From the NCBI GenBank assembly GCA_031414775.1, contig JANOQI010000036.1, forward strand, positions 32,001-96,000: a DNA stretch of 64,000 nucleotides. Direction: 5' to 3'. Below, one piece after another: positions 49,453 through 60,800 of the stretch. The notes below the pieces were generated by a model. The model ran no database searches, was not told the DNA's origin, and was given only the letters and a program-made list of their open reading frames with translations. The first letter of the stretch is position 1. Every line of letters begins with the position of its first letter. The stretch comes from Synechococcales cyanobacterium VAR_4_metabat_354. Lineage in GTDB: Bacteria; Cyanobacteriota; Cyanobacteriia; Cyanobacteriales; Chamaesiphonaceae. A program made the position numbers and the translations under genes.

Positions 49453-52400
49453 ATGTCTAACATTCCTTCTTTAGCTTCCAGAAAAAAAACTCACTCCCCC
49501 AAAAGGAGCAAGCAACATTTTAATTCTTTAACTAGATCGATCGCTATTTTGGGTTTAATTGCAGTTAGCAATTCTCTGGGATTATCTCCAGTACTCGCAG
49601 CTCCCACGGCTCCTAATGTTTCGATTAATAACCAAGCTACAGGTACTTTTACCGATGGTGACGAGCCTGGTGCACCTCAAGAATCAGTTGTCTCAAACGT
49701 TGTTACTGTTACTGTTGCCGAGGTTGCCGGGATTACCATTACCGCTGACAATACCCCCGAGCCTTATCCCAATGCACTGATTAACTTTGACTTTGAGATT
49801 AAAAACATTGGTAACGATCCGACCAAGTTCTTTTTACCAACTGCTCCTTCTAGTGTGGCGGGTGGTACCGCAGGTACTTTACAGATTGTTGCTTATGTAG
49901 ATGCTAATAGTACTAAAACGCCTTTAACCACTCCGATTAATATCACGACCGCTAATGATACTGGAGCGATCGGCGATGGCACTTTAGGTGGTAATACTAT
50001 TGCTGGATCGATTCCAGCTGGTGCAGCGATTATTGTCCGGGTGCCAGTAACTGTCACAGCGGCGGTTAATGCTAATGTTAGCGTGACTCTCGGTAATACT
50101 ACTGGTTCACCGAATGCCAGTAATACGCCTTATATTGCTAACACCAATGATATTTATACAGTGGATAATGCTGATGCCGTTGCTGGAGAAGCAGCTGGTG
50201 TGCCAATTAATGGTGATGGTACAACAGGTGATGGTGATGTTACTAAACATCGTCAAGAAGCCAGTGCGATTAGTACTGTTCTGGTTCAAAATCCACCTCT
50301 TAAAATTTCTGGGACTGTTTTTGAAGATGTTAACTATGGGGGTGGTGCCGGGCGAGATTTGGTCAGTTCAGCTGGTGTTGCGAGACCGAATGTTCAAGTA
50401 GAAATTTATAACGCAAGTGGTGTTCTTAAGGGGCAAATGCTGACGGATACGAATGGTCAGTATGTATTTGATGCATCAAATGTTACAGGTGGATTAACAC
50501 AAGGCAATACCTATCAAATCCGAGTGGTTAATAGTTTTGTGACTTCTAGTAGACCTGGTGGTTGTGCTCAGGCAGCTGCCATTAATCTACCGCCAGATAC
50601 TTGTTTTCAGGTTCCTGTCCAAACTTTCCGCACGAGTGGAGATACGGATAGCAATAATATTGCGGATGCTGACCAAAATCGAGTGGGTGGTGAGGTACCA
50701 GCGAGAAAAGATGCTCCAGCAAATAGTGGTACTCAAAATTTAAGTGCTCTAAATAGTGCTGCGGGACAAGCCGTAGAGTCACTAACAACAGTAGCTCTAG
50801 GGTCTTTACCATTTACTGGGGTGGATTTTGGGTTTAACTTTGATACGATCGTCAATACTAACAATATTGGTCAAGGTTCATTGCGTCAATTCATCACCAA
50901 TAGTAACGCCCTGACAAATAGTGGATTAGATCAAGTTGTCAACCCTAACCCCGCAACAGGTACAACCGCTATCGATTCCGCACCAGGGATCGAAACATCA
51001 ATTTTTATGATTCCTAGCACCGCACTGACAGCCGGATCTGCAAATATCTCCCTGAGTAGCAAACTGACTGTCACTGACGATGATACTGCCATTGATGGAC
51101 GCACCCAAACCGCTAATATTGGTGATACAAACACAGGTACCGTCGGCGGTTCAGGTCAAGCAGTCGGGATTTCCGCCCAAGTACTGCCCAACTATCCCAA
51201 ACCAGAAGTCTCCCTCTCGATGACCAGTTCTGTGCTGGATGCGATCGAGATTCAGGGCAATGGTGACTCTGTTAGAGGCTTGAACTTCAGTACCAACATT
51301 CACAGTGGAATTATCGTGAGCGGGGGGTCAGCAGCCAAACCAACCCTGATTCAGAACAATATCATAGGGTTGAAGCCCGACGGGACAGCGGGTAGCGTCT
51401 GGCAAGGTATTACCGCAAATAATGGGATCGCTCCGACTAAATACCTGAATACACTGGATAATCTGATCTCTAATAACAGCTTTGCTGGTGCCAGTATTAG
51501 CTCTCCAGGACTGATTCAGGGCAATCACTTTTTCCGTAATGGCACGGGATCTTGTGATGATAATTTAAGCGTCGAACAGTCGAACCTCAACACCATTACG
51601 ATTAATAAAAACCTATTTGAAGAATCCGCCGCCAATGGCATTGAGGGCTATGGTATCCCTGGTGGGGTGACAATTACCGAAAATACCGTGCGTACTGCTG
51701 GACGGAATGGCACACTTTGTGATGGATCGATCGAAAATGATGGCATTCGCTTATTTGGTTCATCAAGCAAGATTACCAAGAATATTATCAACAGCAATGG
51801 TGGAGCTGGTGTTGTCATCACTGGATCTGGCGGGACAAAAAATCTCATTTCCCAAAATAGTTTCTACTTAAACGGGGGTCTGGGCATTGATATCGATGCC
51901 AAAAATCTCCCCGCCAGTCTCAATCCCACTGGTGATGGCGTAAGTCCAAACGATGGAACTAAGAATACTACGCCGAATAATGATATGGATTACCCGATTA
52001 TCACCTCTTCGGCTCTAAGTAGTGGCATACTAACTATCAAAGGATATGTCGGCAACGTAGCTACAGGCAGTCCGACCTTTGCCGGTGCCACGATCGAGTT
52101 CTTTGTGGGTGCCGCTGATACCAATGACAAAGGTAAAGTCTTTAGTACCGATCCAGTTACTGTTTCTAAACTCCATGCCGAAGGCCAAACGTATATTGGC
52201 GGTAGTACCCCTGGCAATTTGTGCATAACTGATGCTAATGGCTTATTTAACTGTTCTTTCCCCAATGCAAGTGCCATTGATGCTAAAAACATTACCGCCA
52301 CTGCTACCGATACAGCGGGCAACACCTCTGAATTTAGTGTTTCCAACATTGATCCGCGCGTTCTTTTAGTTAAACGAATTACGGCCATTAATGGCAGTAC

Positions 52401-52992
52401 TAACACTCTTAATGGAGACAATCTTGCTAACTATCTGCAAGATGATACTAACCCCTATGATGACAACACCATCGAAACTTCCTTAGCACCTTCCACGAAT
52501 TTTCCAGCTGCCGACACCACGTTTTGGCCAGAAACTACTGGCAAAACTAGTAGCGATTTCTTACTGGGTGGTATGAATGGCGGCAACATCAAACCCAAAG
52601 ATGTCATCGAGTACACCATCTACTTCCTCTCTAATGGTGATTCTACCGCCACTAATGTGCTGTTCTGCGATCGGGTACCTGCTAACGTTACCTTTATGCC
52701 TACCGCCTTTGATTCTTCTACGACTAAAGCCCCTGGTGGGGTGACCGAAAGTAGGGGTATCCTCACCCAACTCAATGGCATCACCGCATCTTATACTAAC
52801 GTAGCCGATGGCGATGCGGCTCGCTACTTCCCAGCTGGCAACGATCCTAAACTGGTTTACCCGAAAGTGAACTGCGGTGGCACCAACGACAATGGGGCGG
52901 TCGTTGTCGATTTAGGTAGCTTACCCAATGCGACAGCTGTCGGCACTCCTGGCTCCTATGGATTTGTTCGTTTCCAAGGGCGAGTAAAGTAA
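49453..52992 (+). CDS. Large secreted surface protein: SdrD-B-like, right-handed beta helix, shared C-terminal domain
   Basis: Signal peptide ..SPVLA; ISGTVFEDVNYGGG; NTNNIGQGSLRQFI; GLGIDID; GNTSEFS; LLVKRIT...YGFVRFQGRVK. Confidence 0.85.
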   Translation: MSNIPSLASRKKTHSPKRSKQHFNSLTRSIAILGLIAVSNSLGLSPVLAAPTAPNVSINNQATGTFTDGDEPGAPQESVVSNVVTVTVAEVAGITITADNTPEPYPNALINFDFEIKNIGNDPTKFFLPTAPSSVAGGTAGTLQIVAYVDANSTKTPLTTPINITTANDTGAIGDGTLGGNTIAGSIPAGAAIIVRVPVTVTAAVNANVSVTLGNTTGSPNASNTPYIANTNDIYTVDNADAVAGEAAGVPINGDGTTGDGDVTKHRQEASAISTVLVQNPPLKISGTVFEDVNYGGGAGRDLVSSAGVARPNVQVEIYNASGVLKGQMLTDTNGQYVFDASNVTGGLTQGNTYQIRVVNSFVTSSRPGGCAQAAAINLPPDTCFQVPVQTFRTSGDTDSNNIADADQNRVGGEVPARKDAPANSGTQNLSALNSAAGQAVESLTTVALGSLPFTGVDFGFNFDTIVNTNNIGQGSLRQFITNSNALTNSGLDQVVNPNPATGTTAIDSAPGIETSIFMIPSTALTAGSANISLSSKLTVTDDDTAIDGRTQTANIGDTNTGTVGGSGQAVGISAQVLPNYPKPEVSLSMTSSVLDAIEIQGNGDSVRGLNFSTNIHSGIIVSGGSAAKPTLIQNNIIGLKPDGTAGSVWQGITANNGIAPTKYLNTLDNLISNNSFAGASISSPGLIQGNHFFRNGTGSCDDNLSVEQSNLNTITINKNLFEESAANGIEGYGIPGGVTITENTVRTAGRNGTLCDGSIENDGIRLFGSSSKITKNIINSNGGAGVVITGSGGTKNLISQNSFYLNGGLGIDIDAKNLPASLNPTGDGVSPNDGTKNTTPNNDMDYPIITSSALSSGILTIKGYVGNVATGSPTFAGATIEFFVGAADTNDKGKVFSTDPVTVSKLHAEGQTYIGGSTPGNLCITDANGLFNCSFPNASAIDAKNITATATDTAGNTSEFSVSNIDPRVLLVKRITAINGSTNTLNGDNLANYLQDDTNPYDDNTIETSLAPSTNFPAADTTFWPETTGKTSSDFLLGGMNGGNIKPKDVIEYTIYFLSNGDSTATNVLFCDRVPANVTFMPTAFDSSTTKAPGGVTESRGILTQLNGITASYTNVADGDAARYFPAGNDPKLVYPKVNCGGTNDNGAVVVDLGSLPNATAVGTPGSYGFVRFQGRVK

Positions 52993-53013
52993 CTTCTAAT
53001 TATTTTTTTATTC

Positions 53014-53047
53014 AAGGTATTAACTAGCTATAGTTAATACCTTTTTT
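53014..53047 (+). terminator. Hairpin terminator
   Basis: Perfect 13-bp stem AAGGTATTAACTA-gcta-TAGTTAATACCTT followed by Ts. Confidence 0.75.
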
Positions 53048-53164
53048 ACTTTTAGCGTAGTAAGAAATTTATGAAAAATGGGCAAAATAAAGATACTTAT
53101 ACCAAAAAAATATTAAGAAGTCTTGCGAATTAATACTTGATTTTTTGGGAATCGCTGCCAACCG

Positions 53165-55765
53165 ATGAACATCCAGACCGTTAGCCAAAAAATATGCATA
53201 TTACTTAGTATCACTATGGCCACTTGCTGCTTATGGAGTAGCCAACCGGCACAGGCGGAAGGAAGTAAAGAACTAACCAGCAGCGGTGGTAGACGAGCGT
53301 ATCTGAGCTATCTGACAGCAGGAACCTATGGGGGTGTATTAGAGCGGACAACAATTTATGTCTATGCCGACACTGGAGAAACAATTAATTTAGGTTCTAG
53401 TGCCCATGGCGTGAATAATGGAAGAATTCAATATACCAAACCAAGTGGATCGATCGGAACTTGTGATACTAGTACAAACAGTGGTCAGATAGTCGATCGT
53501 ACCCAAGAGCTAAACGGTCCATTTCCTCTAGCTGGTGGCTATACACCCTGTACGGTAAATGTTGGGGTCGGCGAAGCTGGTATCTGGACAATCGATTTTG
53601 TTAGTCCTTACCCTGATGATGTTTATGTTAACCCAGTTGCAATTAGTGCTGCCGGAAACTGGCCGCCCCAAGATTTCTATGACTGGTTTGTAACGGCTTG
53701 GGATGTTACTGTTACCCAAGGTGCTGGAAAACTGGTGCAGCCCGGACGGGCTTATACCAATTACTTGGCGGGAAATATTGGAGCCTATCTGGCTGATTCT
53801 TTGAGTAGTGTTTTTTATGTAGTGACTCGCGATGGTTATCACTACCGGGTAGATGCCAATGGTCTTGACCCGTTTCGATTTATCTTCTTTTCTGACAATC
53901 GAGGTGTTTATAACACCACGACAGGCAAACCTACGTATCGATCTTTCGATCTTAATGCTCTATCTAGTGATACTTTTCGCGATCCCAATGCAGCAGAAAC
54001 TCCTACTTCATATACGAACAAACTATTTTTTAATCCGATCGATCCTGCCCTGCCCAGTTTGGCGGCTTCGGCAGCGGGGGGCACTTGGCTAAATCCTTCT
54101 TTAGCACCGCCCCCGCCCCCAACTACGCTAAGTATCAATGGGGTGGAGGGTACACCCAATCAAATTGGCCAAGGTTTAGGGGGTTCTTTTAATTTTACCA
54201 ACCCAGATAGTATTAACAGACCATATCAAATTACTTTAGACTTGAATGCTAATAATATTTTTGGAGATGGTAATGATCGCGTGCTACAAGGCACAGCTAA
54301 TCCAGGCACTAATTCTATTTTTTGGGATGGAAAAGATGGAAGCAACATAGTCATAAAGTCCCAAACGATTACCTTTAAAGCAGTGATTGCGACGTTGGGT
54401 GGTGAAGTGCATTTTCCGCTCATTGATGCCGAAGGAAATTCTAATGGTTTGATTTTTAAACGTTTGAATGGCCCCACCAATGGATCTTTTGCGACCCCTT
54501 CTTTCAATGCCGATCGAATTTATTATAATGATTTTCAAATGAAAGGAAACGGCGGGGTGGGCGGTTCGACAGCTATTCCCCCAGTGCCTACTAATGCCAG
54601 CGCGGGTGTGAATAGTGTCGCTGGTGCCCACCGCTGGGGTGCCGATGATGCTTATGGGTTTGGGAATGCTGCCATCATTGATACCTGGGCTTATGCGCCT
54701 GAATTCTCCACCACTGTGCTCAATATTGTAGTTAAAGGTGCAGATTTACAAATTACTAAAAATTTAACTGGATCACTGCGGAAAGGACAGACTACTACTT
54801 ACACTCTTGATGTGACTAATGCCAAAAATCCGGAGGTCGGTAGTACCAATGATGTAGTAGGGGCAAAAGTTCAAGATATCTTGTTACCGATTTTCACTAA
54901 TCCTCAAGTTGTTTCCTGCCAAATAATTAGCGGTGCAGGTAATTGTGGCATCTATGGCTTCACTGGCAATACTTTCAATGCTAAGGCGGATCTGAATAGT
55001 GGTGCTAAACTACGCTTTGAAATTCAAGCTACTTTGTCTACTGCTGCCGCTGGTACGATTACCAACAGTGCTACTGTGAATAGACCCAAAGATATTGGTG
55101 ACCCTGTTGATCAAGATGGTCTGGGTGGCACTACGAATTTGAGTGAAACTGCCACGGTCAGTAATAGTATTGCTGCTACCTCTGGTAATGCTCAAGTTCT
55201 TTTGGTGAAACGCATCACAGCTATAAATGGTAATCGCACCGAAAATTCTAATGATAGTACCAAGTTAGATAGTGTTGTTCATGATTTGACTAATGCTAAT
55301 GATATTCATCCCCATTGGCCAAGTAGCAATTACCTGCTGGGGGCGATTAATGGTGGCAAAGTGAAATCTGGTGATACGATCGAATACACCATTTATTTCT
55401 TAAATAGCGGCAAGCTCGATGCTCGCGGCGTACGAATTTGCGATCTAATTACGGCTCACCAATCATTCCAAACCGCCGCCTACGGCACGAACAAAGATTT
55501 ACAAGCACAGATTGGATTAGCTCCAGTTGTAGATTTGACTGCAAACAATGATTCGATCGATCGAACTCAAGTTTATGGAGCAAATACTGCTGTCCCCGCC
55601 GCTTGTAAGCTCAAAGCCGCCAATACCAATGGTACTGTCGATATTCCGATTACTGGTCTGGCTGGTAGTGGTTTACCCAATTTAGCTGTGGTACCGGGAT
55701 CGATCGCGGCCGGCTCTCCGAGTAATTCTTACGGTTTGGTGAGGTTTACTAACCGTGTTCCCTAA
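53165..55765 (+). CDS. Secreted DUF11-domain surface protein with shared C-terminal domain
   Basis: Signal peptide ..PAQA/EGSKEL; GEVHFPLIDAE; ADLQITK...YTLDVTN (DUF11); LLVKRIT...YGLVRFTNRVP. Confidence 0.85.
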   Translation: MNIQTVSQKICILLSITMATCCLWSSQPAQAEGSKELTSSGGRRAYLSYLTAGTYGGVLERTTIYVYADTGETINLGSSAHGVNNGRIQYTKPSGSIGTCDTSTNSGQIVDRTQELNGPFPLAGGYTPCTVNVGVGEAGIWTIDFVSPYPDDVYVNPVAISAAGNWPPQDFYDWFVTAWDVTVTQGAGKLVQPGRAYTNYLAGNIGAYLADSLSSVFYVVTRDGYHYRVDANGLDPFRFIFFSDNRGVYNTTTGKPTYRSFDLNALSSDTFRDPNAAETPTSYTNKLFFNPIDPALPSLAASAAGGTWLNPSLAPPPPPTTLSINGVEGTPNQIGQGLGGSFNFTNPDSINRPYQITLDLNANNIFGDGNDRVLQGTANPGTNSIFWDGKDGSNIVIKSQTITFKAVIATLGGEVHFPLIDAEGNSNGLIFKRLNGPTNGSFATPSFNADRIYYNDFQMKGNGGVGGSTAIPPVPTNASAGVNSVAGAHRWGADDAYGFGNAAIIDTWAYAPEFSTTVLNIVVKGADLQITKNLTGSLRKGQTTTYTLDVTNAKNPEVGSTNDVVGAKVQDILLPIFTNPQVVSCQIISGAGNCGIYGFTGNTFNAKADLNSGAKLRFEIQATLSTAAAGTITNSATVNRPKDIGDPVDQDGLGGTTNLSETATVSNSIAATSGNAQVLLVKRITAINGNRTENSNDSTKLDSVVHDLTNANDIHPHWPSSNYLLGAINGGKVKSGDTIEYTIYFLNSGKLDARGVRICDLITAHQSFQTAAYGTNKDLQAQIGLAPVVDLTANNDSIDRTQVYGANTAVPAACKLKAANTNGTVDIPITGLAGSGLPNLAVVPGSIAAGSPSNSYGLVRFTNRVP

Positions 55766-57800
55766 TAGTCTTAAGCACACCAAGATAACTATCCACCGTT
55801 ACTGCTGCGCAGTTGCCCTAGGAATTATTGGCCATCATTTATTCCGGTTACCTCCAGTGTCAGCACAAGTAGTTCCTCCTGGTACGGCTATTACCAACCA
55901 AGCTACTGGCAGTTTTATAGATTCCGCCGATGATAGGCTCAGAGATTTGGAATCGAATGTTGTGAGTGTAACGATGGCGGAAGTCGCTGGCATTACGATC
56001 AGTGATCCGACTATTTCTGAACCTCTAGCCAGCTTAATTGGTATTAGTGCTACTCCTTTACAGGGAATTAGTGGTGTTAATCAAAATGATATTCTCTATT
56101 TCGATTTTATCATCACCAATACTGGCAATGATCCAACTCAGTTTTTTATTCCTGGTCAACCTTTTCGGGTGACCAATGGTGTATTCGATCGTACTCAATA
56201 TGACGTAGTCCAAATTATTGAAGTCAAAGATGGTATTGGGGCGATTGTGCCTTTACCAAACAGCGTGAGTAAGATTGAAATTCCAGCTACTGGTGCCAAT
56301 ACTGGTGATCTTGGTATTTTAAACATTCTTGGTGGCGCAATTCCAGCTAATGGTAGTGTAAAAGTGCGTGTTCCGATCAAGGTGACTGGGAATAGTGGTG
56401 ACCAGATCAGAGTTGCACTTGGTGATACGGGGCTTAATGATAATAGTGTAAATACAGTCAGCCAAACCTATACTGCCTCTGATACTCTTGGTGTTGATGT
56501 TCATACTAAAGATAATATGAACAATAGTGTTCCCCTCAATAGCGTGGTAGCTGGTGAAGTCGATGGTTCACCGGCTGGTGGCGAGAAAGAAGCTTCTCGT
56601 TATGGTGAAATCTTGATTGTTGCTCCGCCCCAAATTCGAGGGTTTAAGTCAGCTAAACTAGTGATCGATCGGAATAATGATACTAAGATTAATCCAGGCG
56701 AGACAGTAGTTTGGACGATCGATTATGCGAACACTGGTAATGTCGATATTCCTGGTTTTCAAATCACTGATACTTTGCCCATCGGGGTGAACAAGCCTGA
56801 TGTTGTTACAATATTAATCGCTGGCAATCAAACAATTACTCCACTAGTCAACAGTGATTATGTTGGTAATACCACAAATACTGGTACCACCGACAATTTA
56901 TTGAAAGATCCAATTATACTTAAAGCGGGTGGGTTTATCAGAATTACAATTCCCGTGATTGTTAATAATGGTGTGGTCGGCAAGCTATTCAATCAGGCGA
57001 TAGCTAAGGCTGATAATTTGGCTGACAGTGGTATTCCTACTGATAATGTTAGTCGAACTAGCGATTTGCCAGCAGACTTGCAAACAAATATAGCAATTCC
57101 AAATAGTAGTGTGGAGCAGACAATTACAGGATCGATCGATCCCACTAGTATTATAGTAATTAGCAATCCACAGGTCTTGCTGGTGAAGAGAATTACTGCT
57201 ATTAACGGCTCTGCCATTACCCGCGATGGCATCAATATAGCTAACTATGAAGATGATCCAGCTAATCCTTACGATGACAATGATCAGACTTCACTGACTA
57301 CCACTTATCCACAATTAGCCACCGATAAATGGCCACTAACCATCAGTCATACCAGCAGCGAGTTTTTGATCGGGACAATTAATGGTGGCACAATCAAACC
57401 GAATGATTCGATCGAATATACCATTTATTTCTTATCTACTGGTGATAGTCCAGCTAATAATGTATTATTGTGCGATCGAGTTCCTAGTAATGTCGCCTTT
57501 ATTCCTACCACTTTTAATAGCTATGTAGCTCAATCTACTAATAGTGTGAACGATAGCCGAGGTGTCCTCGCTCTCATTAACGGCACAACGGCATCTTATA
57601 CCAATGTTGCTGATGGTGATGCTGTGCGTTATTTCCCACCAGGAGACGATCCAACTAAAGTTTATCCCAAGATTAGCTGTGGCGGGATAAATGATAATGG
57701 GGCAGTTGTCGTTAATTTGGGTAGTGTGCCCAATGCAACGGCTCCAGCTACCCCAGTGGGTTCTTATGGATTTGTACGCTTCCAGGGTCTGGTTAAATAA
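55755..57800 (+). CDS. Secreted DUF11-domain surface protein with shared C-terminal domain
   Basis: Signal peptide ..PVSA; ITNQATGSF; INPGETVVWTIDYANTG...ITDTLP; LLVKRIT...YGFVRFQGLVK. Confidence 0.85.
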   Translation: MFPNSLKHTKITIHRYCCAVALGIIGHHLFRLPPVSAQVVPPGTAITNQATGSFIDSADDRLRDLESNVVSVTMAEVAGITISDPTISEPLASLIGISATPLQGISGVNQNDILYFDFIITNTGNDPTQFFIPGQPFRVTNGVFDRTQYDVVQIIEVKDGIGAIVPLPNSVSKIEIPATGANTGDLGILNILGGAIPANGSVKVRVPIKVTGNSGDQIRVALGDTGLNDNSVNTVSQTYTASDTLGVDVHTKDNMNNSVPLNSVVAGEVDGSPAGGEKEASRYGEILIVAPPQIRGFKSAKLVIDRNNDTKINPGETVVWTIDYANTGNVDIPGFQITDTLPIGVNKPDVVTILIAGNQTITPLVNSDYVGNTTNTGTTDNLLKDPIILKAGGFIRITIPVIVNNGVVGKLFNQAIAKADNLADSGIPTDNVSRTSDLPADLQTNIAIPNSSVEQTITGSIDPTSIIVISNPQVLLVKRITAINGSAITRDGINIANYEDDPANPYDDNDQTSLTTTYPQLATDKWPLTISHTSSEFLIGTINGGTIKPNDSIEYTIYFLSTGDSPANNVLLCDRVPSNVAFIPTTFNSYVAQSTNSVNDSRGVLALINGTTASYTNVADGDAVRYFPPGDDPTKVYPKISCGGINDNGAVVVNLGSVPNATAPATPVGSYGFVRFQGLVK

Positions 57801-57856
57801 CCCTAGTTAGTTCCCAATGTCAATTATCTGGTGGTCAATGGGCAACATAAGGAAAA

Positions 57857-60800
57857 ATGAAGTCTATGCCTCCGGTACCTCGATATCAACAAGATCAGTC
57901 CCACCCAGTTTCTGATAATTATCAGGCGAAAGAATGGCAAATAGCTAGCCAGATCACTAAATTAGCGATCGGACTCAGTGTGTTGGGCTATTCATTACCT
58001 GCGGTTGCAGGTAATTGTACTACTGGTGGCGGCACTGCCGACCTATCGACCATACCGTATATTAGTGCCGAAGTATCTAACAGCAGTACAGTCTCTCAAA
58101 ATATTACAAACGCTCAAAACAACGCTGATATATTAGATGACAAGTGGCGTACAGCCATATTACCGCAAACTTCTACATCCTGGGCTAGCACTAACACTGG
58201 CTCAATTTCAAACAACGTACTCAATCTATTTACCATCAATGGGATCAGTGTTGACGTTGCACTAGTGAATGTGGACTCTAGCGGTAATTGTGCGGGTGCC
58301 GTAAATAGTGGTACTTCTTCTCCAGAACTCAATAATGCACTCACATTGCAGGGCGGCGCTCCCCGTCCAAGTAGCTTGCCTAGTACTTTAGCTAGTTATT
58401 GGAATGAAAATACAGGCAGCACGAGTAATCGCAATGGTGTTCTTTTCACATTCTCTCAACCCGTTTCGGCTTTTGGTGCTTGGTTTGGCGACCTAGAAAC
58501 CCGGTCTGGTGCTAACGGCACTCCAGCTATTTTGAGACTTCTCGATGCAACAGGAAATCGGATTGGTAGCGATATTTTGATCACACCAAGTGACATAAGT
58601 AACAATGGTGGCAGCTTTGTCGCTCTCGATCAAAGTACTTGTAGCAACATAGCAAACGGTTGTGGTAATAACTCTACTCGTTGGGTCGGGTTTGTTGATA
58701 GTACCGCCAGGGTCAAACAAGCATTGGTAATTGTTGGCGATCAAACCACCTCTGCATCTACTGGTGGTAATGGAGAACACCTCAGCTTTATTGGGGCCAA
58801 TCTTGTATCGGCAAACATTGCTGGCACAGTGTTTGAAGATGTAAACTACGGTGGTGGTGCCGGTCGGCCTTTAAATACTACCGCAACTGCTCGTCGCCCA
58901 GGTGCCAGAGTAGAACTTTATGATGGATCTGGGGTATTTAAAGCATTTACAACTACAGACAGTAATGGTATTTACAAATTTGGCTACACTAATGTCACAG
59001 GTGGAATAGTTCCAGGCAACTATACAGTCCGTGTTGTTAACAACACCGTTACTTCTTCCCGTACCGGTTCAGCAAGCACCCTTCTCCCCGTACAGACTTT
59101 CCGCACTAACGGATTGACAACCGACAACATTGGTACAGCAGACCCCAATCGGGTGGGCGGCGAAACGCCAAAACTTGTCGATGCTGGTAATGGCTCGGCA
59201 ACAGTATCTTCTTTAACAACAACGACAACAACAGCCCAGAGTATTACACCAATAACAGTTGGAACAGCTGGCGCGGCTGGCATTGATTTTGGGTTCAACT
59301 TTGATACGATCGTTAATACTAATGATGCTGGCCAAGGTTCTTTGCGCCAGTTTATTACTAATAGCAATGCTCTCAAAGGGGAAGGGAGTCTTATCCAGGT
59401 TGGCCAACCGGCGGGTTATGAAACTAGCATTTTTATGATTCCTAATAGTGTTTCCAACCCCGGTCAAAACACCGGCTACACTAATCAACTAACTGGTGGT
59501 ATCGCAGTCATCAATCTGTCATCAGGTCTGTCCATTACTGATCCTAAAACTAGACTCGATGGATCAACTCAAACCACTAATATCAAAGCTACTCCTGGCG
59601 GTGCAGAAACTAACCCTGGCCAAATTGGAACCGGTGGGACAGTAGGAACAAGCACCAGCCTAGCAAATTCTCTGGCCAAATTCGACCGTCCTGAGATCGA
59701 AATCAAGGGTAAATATACTTTGACAGCTACAGGTAGTTATAACGAAATCAAAAACATCGCGTTTAATGCTAGCAACATTTCGGTTTCTGGTTCTAATTCG
59801 TTAGTGCAAGACAACTTGGTAGGTATGAGCGCTAATGGCAGTGTCGATGCTATTACGGCGGGAGTTCCTAGCTATGGAATAACCGCAGGAGCCGCTAGTA
59901 ATATTAATATCAAGCACAACTATGTGCGGGTCAATAATTCTGGCATTCGACGTGATAACAATGGCTCCAACCTGATCGTTGAGTACAACGAAGTGGATGT
60001 ACCCAGTAGTGGACATGCGGCACCATATGACGGCATCTTGCTGATAAACACTGGATCTAACGACACTATTCGTTATAATTTGGTCAAAAATATGGGAGGT
60101 GCTGGCGCCGAAATAGGTTTTGGTAGTGGAACGTTTACGAATACCCTAATTGATAATAATACTTTTAAGCATAATGGCTACATTGGCACAAATCCTTCTC
60201 GGGAAACAATGGGAGTTGTTGTTTATTCAGCTTTCAATTCTCAAATCTCCTTGAGCAACAATGTGATTACTGAAAGTAGTGGTTCTGGTGTTGTCGTATT
60301 AGGATCTACCGGTTTGAGTTTGACCAAGAATAGCATTTTTCAGAATGGTGCTATTGGTAATGGAGCTGGATTGTCGATCGATCTCGACCCCATTAATCGT
60401 GGTCCTAATACCTATGATACTGCTAATGGTGTTACACCCAATACTGGCACAGTATCTGCTAGCTTACCCAATGGCGGCATGAACTACCCCATTTTCACCA
60501 AGGTACAACGAGTTGGCAATACCCTAAAATTAGAAGGGTATATCGGTAACACCCCAGCTGGGAACTCGGCTTTTACTGGTGCCACGATCGAGATTTATAA
60601 AGCAGACAATGATAGCAACCAAAACGGCCAAGTAATTGCCGGAGACAATTTAAACAAACCCCATGGTGAAGGTCGTTACTGGATTGGCAACCTAACAGCG
60701 GGGACTAATGGCTTATTTAACTTCAGCCTGCCCATTCCGGCTAGTTTGACAGATGGTCTAACTACCACCACCTTAGGTGCTACTGATGAAATTACAGCGA